DNA of 59,178 bases, filler included. It is 5 parts of 5 records of this genome, joined end to end, with 100 filler letters (N's around TTAATTAATTAA, not from the genome) between each part and the next. Parts side by side here need not be neighbours in the genome. Positions count along the whole stretch, not along the records: positions 47,566 to 59,178 come from SRR2962707_1722; 4 more parts are not named here. The stretch is one strand, 5' to 3'. Positions 52,513 to 59,178 of this stretch are shown piece after piece. The notes beneath the pieces are model-generated. The model did not search any database. It was not told the origin of the DNA and worked only from the letters and a program-made list of their open reading frames with translations. The translations under genes were made by a program, and so were the position numbers. Each line of letters begins with the position of its first letter. Within the stretch, counting starts at the first letter, position 1.

Positions 52513-53454
52513 ATGCGCGACCTCAGCGCTGCCAACGCCGAAGCATTCCTCGAAATGATGAGCGCCGAGCGTGGTGCTGCCGACAACACGCTTGAGGCCT
52601 ATCGCCGCGATCTTGATGACGCATCCGATGTTCTCAAATCACTTGGAACCACGCTGGTCAAAGCTCAGGCCGATGACATTCGTGGCGTGATCGGTGATCT
52701 GGCTGCCCGCGGCTTTTCCCCTGCGTCACAGGCCCGGCGGCTCTCGGCACTGCGCCAGTTCTACAAATTCCTGCACGCAGAGGGATTGCGCGGCGACGAC
52801 CCGACCGGTGTCATCGATTCCCCGCGAAAAACCCGCTCCCTGCCCAAAATCCTCAGCATCGACGATGTGTCGCGGCTGCTGGCGCAGGCGGAAGCCGACA
52901 TTGCAATGGCCCAGGACCATGAAGAAGCCCTGCGACGCATCCGCTTTCGTGCGCTTCTCGAACTCTTGTACGCCACGGGCATGCGGGTCAGCGAACTGGT
53001 CAGCCTGCCCTACCGGGTGCTTGCCGATGACGGCCGTTTCCTGATCATTCGCGGCAAGGGCGCCAAGGAGCGCATGGTCCCGATGTCACGCCCCTCCCGC
53101 GCAGCCCTTGATGCCTGGCTGGCGACGATCGGTGAGGTAGCCGAGGAGGCCGGTTTTCTGTTCCCGGCGAATTCGACCGAGGGGCATCTTTCGCGTCAGG
53201 TGTTCGCCCGTGAACTCAAGGAGGTGGCGAGCCGCGCCGGCATACCCGCCGCAAAGGTTTCTCCGCATGTGCTGCGGCATGCTTTCGCCAGCCATTTGCT
53301 GGCAGGTGGCGCCGATCTTCGTGCGGTTCAGGAATTGCTGGGCCATGCCGACATTTCGACCACTCAAATCTACACGCACGTGCTCGACGAGCGCCTGCGA
53401 CAATTGGTCAATGATCATCACCCCCTTGCAAAAGCCACAAAAAGTCGCGATTAA
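52513..53454 (+). CDS. xerD: Site-specific tyrosine recombinase XerD
   Basis: [69 protein letters not shown]. Housekeeping context aroK-xerD-accA. Confidence 0.93.
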   Translation: MRDLSAANAEAFLEMMSAERGAADNTLEAYRRDLDDASDVLKSLGTTLVKAQADDIRGVIGDLAARGFSPASQARRLSALRQFYKFLHAEGLRGDDPTGVIDSPRKTRSLPKILSIDDVSRLLAQAEADIAMAQDHEEALRRIRFRALLELLYATGMRVSELVSLPYRVLADDGRFLIIRGKGAKERMVPMSRPSRAALDAWLATIGEVAEEAGFLFPANSTEGHLSRQVFARELKEVASRAGIPAAKVSPHVLRHAFASHLLAGGADLRAVQELLGHADISTTQIYTHVLDERLRQLVNDHHPLAKATKSRD

Positions 53455-53555
53455 GCCCGCTCGCAACACGCCAAATGAATGCGTGACAGACATGTCAGAC
53501 TAGGCTTGACTGGTTCTGGCGACGAAAAATGCGATGGCCCGCGTGGAAAAGCTCG

Positions 53556-54512
53556 ATGCACAATTATCTTGATTTCGAAAAACCGATCTCCGACCTGGAA
53601 GGCAAGATCCTCGAATTGAGGAAGCTAGCTGGTGAGGACGAGAGCATCGACACAGGCGATGAAATCGCCCGGCTCGAAACCAGGGCTCGCGACGCCATGG
53701 CCGAAATCTATGGCAAGCTCAATCCATGGCAGAAGACCCAGGTTGCGCGCCATCCTGACCGTCCGCATTTCAATGACTATGCCAGGACCCTGTTCGACGA
53801 ATTCACACCGCTTGCCGGTGATCGCAAATTCGCCGAGGATGCAGCGATTCAAGCAGGTTTCGCCCGCTTTCGTGGTCAACCGGTCGTCGTCATCGGCCAG
53901 GAAAAGGGTCACGACACCAAGACCCGCATCAAGCACAATTTCGGCTCGGCGCGGCCCGAGGGCTACCGCAAGGCCATCCGCATCATGGAACTGGCCGACC
54001 GCTTCCGGATTCCGGTCATTACGCTTGTCGACACCGCCGGTGCCTATCCCGGTGTCGGCGCGGAAGAACGCGGCCAGGCTGAAGCCATCGCCCGCTCGAC
54101 CGAGACCTGCCTCAATCTCCGCTCACCGCTGATTTCGATCATCATCGGCGAAGGCGGCTCCGGTGGAGCCATTGCGATTGCCACAGGCAACAAGGTGTAC
54201 ATGCTCGAGCACTCGATCTACTCTGTCATTTCTCCCGAAGGCGCTGCCTCGATCCTCTGGCGCGATGCCACGAGGGCACGTGATGCAGCCACTTCGATGA
54301 AGATCACAGCAGAAGATCTGCTCGGTCTGCACATCATTGATGGCATCATTCCAGAACCAGTCGGTGGCGCCCATCGCGATCCTGAAAGTGTGATTGCGCG
54401 GGCCGGCGACACGATTTCATCCGCCCTGAAGGAGATGTCGGGCCGCTCCGGAGACGAATTGCGCGCCGATCGCCGCAAGAAATTCCTGGAGATCGGCCGG
54501 CACATCGGTTGA
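53556..54512 (+). CDS. accA: Acetyl-CoA carboxylase carboxyltransferase alpha
   Basis: [53 protein letters not shown]. Confidence 0.96.
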   Translation: MHNYLDFEKPISDLEGKILELRKLAGEDESIDTGDEIARLETRARDAMAEIYGKLNPWQKTQVARHPDRPHFNDYARTLFDEFTPLAGDRKFAEDAAIQAGFARFRGQPVVVIGQEKGHDTKTRIKHNFGSARPEGYRKAIRIMELADRFRIPVITLVDTAGAYPGVGAEERGQAEAIARSTETCLNLRSPLISIIIGEGGSGGAIAIATGNKVYMLEHSIYSVISPEGAASILWRDATRARDAATSMKITAEDLLGLHIIDGIIPEPVGGAHRDPESVIARAGDTISSALKEMSGRSGDELRADRRKKFLEIGRHIG

Positions 54513-54818
54513 TCATCGCCCCATTCGGGCCACATTTTCCACGCCAATAAAGAAATCCGCTCGGCACATTGTGAAGTCCCAAGGACTTCCAGTGCCTGTG
54601 GGCGCAAAATAACGGGTCGCATTTCGGTGACGGGCACTCTTCATGCAGGGGTCCGCACCATCCGGCCAGAAAGCTTGCATGAAGCATGCACCAGCAGTTT
54701 GGTAATGCTTCATGAACCATGTTGGTAGTATTATTGCGTTGAAATGCCCGGCCCGAGGTCGCGTCGAATGCGATCCACGAGGCCTTAGAACTTGCAACTG
54801 CAAAGTCCAAGAGACCCC

Positions 54819-56051
54819 ATGACTCCGATCCGAACGCTGCGTTTCCTGCCTATTTTGCTCCTTGGCCTGACCGGCTGTCAGGATGCGCTGGATTCCGTTT
54901 CCAACAAGGTCGAACATCCGCTGCCTGCCAAGCTCGTCAACAAGATGAAAGCGCAGGACATGAGCACGCGGTCGCCGATCATGATGCGTATTTTCAAGGA
55001 AGAGGGTGTTCTCGAGGTCTGGAAGCAGAAGGGCAACGGCCGCTACGACATCATTGCCTCCTACGAAATCTGCAAATGGTCCGGAAAACTTGGCCCCAAA
55101 TTCAAGGAAGGCGACCGTCAGGCGCCTGAAGGCTATTATCGGATTTACCCCTACCAGATGAATCCGAATTCGAGCTACTACCTGTCTTTCAACATTGGCT
55201 ACCCCAATAGCTACGACCGGTCTTACGGTCGCACCGGAACCAATTTGATGGTTCACGGCGCCTGTTCGTCGGCAGGCTGTTACTCGATGACCGACGAGCA
55301 GGTCCTGGAGATTTACGGTTTTGCCCGTGACGCCTTCAAGGGCGGGCAGGAATTTTTCATGGTCGAGGCGCTTCCATTCCGCATGACGCCGGAGAACATG
55401 GCAAAGCACCGCGACAACGAGCATTTCGAATTCTGGAAAATGCTGAAGGTCGGCTACGATCATTTCGAATTGACCAAGCGGCCGCCGAAGGTTGATGTCT
55501 GCAGCCGGCAGTATGTTTTCAACCAGATCCCGCAGGTCGAGAGCGCCAGTTTCCAGGCAAACGCGGCCTGCCCCCCGGCGAGTGTGCCCACCACGCTGGC
55601 GTCGGCCTATTACGCCTATGAGAAAACCTGGAACCAGGACTTCGTCAAAGCGGTCGCCAAATTTGACCGCCAGGAAGCCAACCAGATAGCAGCCAACGAA
55701 GCCCGCGCAGAAGCCGAGGCGAAGCGTGCCGAGCGCGAAGCCGAGAAGGCGGCACGCATCGCCGCCAATGGCGGGCAATCCGCAACGGTTCCCGTTCTCA
55801 GCCTGTTTTCGACCGGAAACCCGCTCAAGGCGCTGACCCCGGCTACAGCGCCAGCTGCCCAGCAGACCATTATTCCTGCCGCCACTGCGACTGCGGATGA
55901 GGCCGGACAAACTGTCCCGGCACCTGCCACTGCGGGCGTCCCGGTGCCGACGCCAAACCCCGTAGCCCAATCGCAGCTCGCCACTGCAGGGCAAGCGCCT
56001 CAATCCGGCCAGTCTGGCAAACCGTTCTGGAAAATATGGAGCAGCAATTGA
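54819..56051 (+). CDS. Murein L,D-transpeptidase family lipoprotein (YafK/DpaA-like)
   Basis: Lipobox LTGC, RIFKEE, GPKFKEGDRQAPEG.Y, YLSFNIGYPN, MVHGACSSAGCYSM. Confidence 0.9.
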   Translation: MTPIRTLRFLPILLLGLTGCQDALDSVSNKVEHPLPAKLVNKMKAQDMSTRSPIMMRIFKEEGVLEVWKQKGNGRYDIIASYEICKWSGKLGPKFKEGDRQAPEGYYRIYPYQMNPNSSYYLSFNIGYPNSYDRSYGRTGTNLMVHGACSSAGCYSMTDEQVLEIYGFARDAFKGGQEFFMVEALPFRMTPENMAKHRDNEHFEFWKMLKVGYDHFELTKRPPKVDVCSRQYVFNQIPQVESASFQANAACPPASVPTTLASAYYAYEKTWNQDFVKAVAKFDRQEANQIAANEARAEAEAKRAEREAEKAARIAANGGQSATVPVLSLFSTGNPLKALTPATAPAAQQTIIPAATATADEAGQTVPAPATAGVPVPTPNPVAQSQLATAGQAPQSGQSGKPFWKIWSSN

Positions 56052-56281
56052 GTGACGGCAGTGAAAGCGCGCTTGACCTTCGTGGGCTGAAGTGCCCGCT
56101 TCCTGTGCTCAAGGCCCGCAAGCACATGCGTGATCTGGCCATCGGCACCCGTATCCGGGTCGAAACCACCGATCCGCTGGCAGTGATCGACGTGCCGCAT
56201 TTCTGCCGTGAGGACGGGCATCAATTGCTCGACAGCGCCCAGATCGAAGGTGGCCATGTCTTTGTCATTGAAAAAGGCTGA
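56048..56281 (+). CDS. tusA: Sulfurtransferase TusA/SirA family protein
   Basis: LDLRGLKCPLPVLK, TDPLAVIDVPHFC. TTG start overlapping the upstream stop. Confidence 0.88.
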   Translation: MSDGSESALDLRGLKCPLPVLKARKHMRDLAIGTRIRVETTDPLAVIDVPHFCREDGHQLLDSAQIEGGHVFVIEKG

Positions 56282-56287
56282 CCGGGT

Positions 56288-57439
56288 TTATCGCCGGACC
56301 GGCATTCCAGGAATGGCCAGTGGATTGGCCGTCAGCGCATCACGGTCCGGACGGCCGATACCCGGCTCACCGGCAAACGATGAAAACAGCTCCGCGACAA
56401 AACCTTCAGGCATGTCGCGCGTGATCAACACCAGTCTGGTTTCCTCCTTGGCCCCTTCCGGCCAGGCCCTCAGCCGCACCGGCTCCGACATCAGCGCCTG
56501 GACAGCGTGCAGCACAAGCGGCCGCGACGGATCATCGGCAAGCTTGATGATGCCCTTCATCCGCAAAAGGTTCGGCCCGTGCGCCGAGCGCAGCAGATCG
56601 AGAAACATCGCAAGCGCCTCGGGCGAGATCGCCCTATCGAACACCAGAGAATCTGCCCTTATGTGCTGGTCGTGCCGGTTCACATCATGCCCGTGACCAT
56701 GTCCGTGGTGATGATGCCCCTCATGGCTGTGGGCATGTTCGTCCTCAGCAGAACTCAGCCACCGGTCCACATCGAGACTGCGCGCGACAGGGTCATAAGC
56801 ACCGGTGTTAAACAAGCTTTGCGCGCTCAAGCCCGGATCATTGGAATTGACCACCCGCGCCAGCGGATTAAGGGCCTCGAGCCTTGAGCGCAGAGCCGTG
56901 CCATCACCGGCCAGCGCGGTCTTGGACAGCACCAGCGTATCAGCCACCGCCACCTGTCTGCGCGCTTCGTCGTGATTTTCAAGCGTGGCGAGACCATTGA
57001 CGGCGTCGACAACGGTTACCAGCCCCTCGAGCCGGTAGGATTGTCCAAGGGCGGGATGCCCGATCACAGACTGCATCACCGGCACCGGATCAGCCAGTCC
57101 GGTGGTCTCGATCACCACCCGCGAGAATGGCCGGATACGTCCCGTCTGCATCCGGTCCATCAGATCCGCCAGCGTATCCACCAGTTCTCCCCGCACCGTG
57201 CAGCACAGACATCCGTCGGACAGCTCGATCACCCCGTCGCTTGAGCTCTCGACCAGCAGATGATCGATACCGACATCGCCGAACTCGTTGATGATCAGCG
57301 CAGCATCGCTGAGCCACGGATCACCGATCAGCCGATTGAGCAGCGTTGTCTTGCCAGCACCGAGAAAGCCGGTGAGGATCGAGACGGGAACGCCGCTCGG
57401 GGCGCTCCAGGCGCGCGCTGGTTGGGTTTCCACGGCCAT
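56288..57439 (-). CDS. CobW/COG0523 family metallochaperone GTPase
   Basis: LTGFLGAGKTT, NEFGDVGID, GCLCCT, IETTGLADP, His-rich HAHSHEGHHHHGHGHGH, LLRMKG. Confidence 0.93.
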   Translation of the reverse strand: MAVETQPARAWSAPSGVPVSILTGFLGAGKTTLLNRLIGDPWLSDAALIINEFGDVGIDHLLVESSSDGVIELSDGCLCCTVRGELVDTLADLMDRMQTGRIRPFSRVVIETTGLADPVPVMQSVIGHPALGQSYRLEGLVTVVDAVNGLATLENHDEARRQVAVADTLVLSKTALAGDGTALRSRLEALNPLARVVNSNDPGLSAQSLFNTGAYDPVARSLDVDRWLSSAEDEHAHSHEGHHHHGHGHGHDVNRHDQHIRADSLVFDRAISPEALAMFLDLLRSAHGPNLLRMKGIIKLADDPSRPLVLHAVQALMSEPVRLRAWPEGAKEETRLVLITRDMPEGFVAELFSSFAGEPGIGRPDRDALTANPLAIPGMPVRR

Positions 57440-57459
57440 GGTGTGAGGCTCTCTTGGAA

Positions 57460-58653
57460 TCAGATTTCTGGACGCGGAACCGGGATCGGCACGCCAGGCC
57501 GCACCGGAAGCATCTCGGCAGCATTGGCCGGAGCTGTGAAAGCCGATGCTGCAAACGGCTCGACTTGCCCCGAAAGCGTTCCCCCCGGCCGCGGCACGGG
57601 AATGGGGATCCGGGACAGGGCAACATCCACACTCGAACGCGGCATCCCGTAAGGTGCCTGAACCAGACGTGGTTTGCGCGTCATCGGCACCAGATACGGA
57701 GAGTTGAGAACCATCTTGCCTTCGACATCGCGGCCTTCATAACGCTCCGCGCGCGCCTTCGCCGTGCAGATGTCGCCGGAAATATCCGCCACCTGGTCAC
57801 GACCGTCACCGTAAGGCGCAAGTGTCTGCAAGCTGGCGCCGCCCCAGGCTGTTGTCGTCAGGGCCTTGTGCAGAAGCCGTGCAGATTCTTCTGCCCGTGC
57901 TTCCTGCGATGGGGCCCCGAACACGACGCTGACCACGGTCTTGCCGTTGCGGGTAGCCGAGGAAACCTGATTGAAGCCGGAGGCGCAGATAAACCCGGTT
58001 TTCATGCCGTCCGCATCGGGAAAGCGGCCGACCAGCAGATTGTAATTGGTGTAGCTCTTCTTGCCGGTGGTAAAGCCCTCATAGGCGAAATAATGCGCAA
58101 ACTCGGGAAACTCGCGTCGCAGCGCGACCGCCAGCAATGCCATGTCGCGGACAGTGGTGTACTGCCCGTCGCCGGGCAAACCGTTGGGATTGACGAACCG
58201 CGAGGAACTCATGCCCAGCTGCCGGGCAGCCGCATTCATTTCGGCGACAAAGGCTTCCTCTGTCCCCGACACGGCTTCGCCAATGGCAACAGCCACGTCA
58301 TTGGCGGATTTGACCATCAGATATTTCAGCGCCGAATCGAGCGGGAACCGTTCTCCGGGCTTGAAATACATCTTGCTCGCTGGCTCCTTGGCGGCATGAA
58401 CCGACATGGTCACCGGCGTTTGCATCGTCAGCTGGCCCGATTTGACCGCCTTGAAAACGACGTAGATGGTCATGAGTTTGGTCAGCGAAGCCGGGTACCA
58501 GCGCTGGAACGCCTGCTCGTGCTCCACCACGCGGCCTGAGCCGACGTCGACAGCAATCATCGGATTGGCCACTGCGCCATTCGAGGACACTGCCGCAAAC
58601 ACCGTAATCGCCAATGCAGCGACCATGCGACGCGATTGTAACATTAAGCTCAT
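57460..58653 (-). CDS. D-alanyl-D-alanine carboxypeptidase (peptidase S11)
   Basis: YPASLTKLMT (SxxK), KSAND (SxN), FVNPNGL, DGMKTGF (KTG), plus signal peptide. Start uncertain (58653 chosen). Confidence 0.92.
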   Translation of the reverse strand: MSLMLQSRRMVAALAITVFAAVSSNGAVANPMIAVDVGSGRVVEHEQAFQRWYPASLTKLMTIYVVFKAVKSGQLTMQTPVTMSVHAAKEPASKMYFKPGERFPLDSALKYLMVKSANDVAVAIGEAVSGTEEAFVAEMNAAARQLGMSSSRFVNPNGLPGDGQYTTVRDMALLAVALRREFPEFAHYFAYEGFTTGKKSYTNYNLLVGRFPDADGMKTGFICASGFNQVSSATRNGKTVVSVVFGAPSQEARAEESARLLHKALTTTAWGGASLQTLAPYGDGRDQVADISGDICTAKARAERYEGRDVEGKMVLNSPYLVPMTRKPRLVQAPYGMPRSSVDVALSRIPIPVPRPGGTLSGQVEPFAASAFTAPANAAEMLPVRPGVPIPVPRPEI

Positions 58654-58854
58654 TCCAGGCTTCCGATTTTCCAGTGTTTCAAACGGCGTCTCGATGCGAT
58701 TTGGACTGTCGACGCTATGTTCGCAGTCGCTAATGCGCCGCTTTTCACTCGTCATGGTCCCTTACTTAGCCTATATGGCAGTCAGATGGCAAAAGGCGAC
58801 AACAAGTTTTCCCGTTTGCCGGACATCACAATCACAAAGCCACAGAGGTGTAAA

Positions 58855-59178
58855 ATGCAGCTTGTCGATGAAGTTGTCTCCACAAAAGACGAAGTCGCGG
58901 AATGGCGCCGCACGCTTCACGCCGACCCGGAATTGCTCTTTGACGTGCACAACACGGCAGCCTTCGTTGCCGACAAGCTCAAATCTTTCGGATGTGACGA
59001 AGTCGTCACCGGCATCGGCCGCACCGGCGTTGTCGGCATCATCCACGGCCGCCCCGGCGGCAACGGCCCTGCCATCGGCCTGCGCGCCGACATGGACGCA
59101 CTGCCGATCAACGAGATCACCGGTGCTCCCTGGGCATCGCGCACCCCCGGCAAGATGCATGCCTGCGGTCATGACGGC
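58855..59178 (+). CDS. M20 aminoacylase/hippurate hydrolase family amidohydrolase (truncated by window edge)
   Basis: Not in ORF track. Hand translation MQLVDEV...WRRTLHADPEL...GIGRTGVVG...LRADMDALP...GKMHACGHDG. Confidence 0.92.
   Translation, partial: MQLVDEVVSTKDEVAEWRRTLHADPELLFDVHNTAAFVADKLKSFGCDEVVTGIGRTGVVGIIHGRPGGNGPAIGLRADMDALPINEITGAPWASRTPGKMHACGHDG

Noticed and set aside
52513-53454. Tyrosine recombinase as an integrase of a mobile element
   Set aside because: Sequence and the aroB-aroK-xerD-accA context match chromosomal XerD. No att sites or cargo are visible.

Overview
This window is not one locus. It is five assembly contigs joined by 100-nt spacers (44 N + TTAATTAATTAA + 44 N) at 17500-17599, 22896-22995, 35984-36083 and 47466-47565. 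Contig 1 (1-17499) is a GC-rich gammaproteobacterium (Alcanivorax/Oceanospirillales-like by gene content; inference). It carries aguA/aguB, a Lol permease plus lolD, betT, a nine-gene overlapping operon arsC-wrbA-DUF2069-RDD-SpoIIM-DUF4129-DUF4350-moxR-DUF58, yihY-acyP-hydrolase, REP elements and a heptamer-array repeat family. Contigs 3 (22996-35983) and 5 (47566-59178) are ordinary alphaproteobacterial (Rhizobiales, Hoeflea-like; inference) housekeeping and transport DNA. Contigs 2 (17600-22895) and 4 (36084-47465) are compact, intron-rich eukaryotic DNA that the ORF track fragments. I spliced them by hand at GT-AG sites and obtained four genes. (i) A 7-exon, 313-aa gene with a lambda-repressor/POU-specific-like domain followed by an atypical homeodomain with a helix2-helix3 insertion (WFSNRRKR), i.e. 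an HNF1/HMBOX1-class architecture in what looks like a protist genome; this is the top finding. (ii) A convergent 11-exon, 623-aa protein with Mib-SH3-like, Zn-finger, coiled-coil, TRAF-type Zn-finger and EF-hand modules. (iii) A secreted 1868-aa Gly/Tyr-rich protein with roughly 110 15-residue repeats, predicted to be a giant beta-solenoid fibre with a C-terminal coiled coil. (iv) A multi-exon alpha/beta hydrolase. Contig 4 ends in an Illumina adapter. I found no rRNA, tRNA, CRISPR array or transposase. Family assignments come from motif recognition, not database searches.
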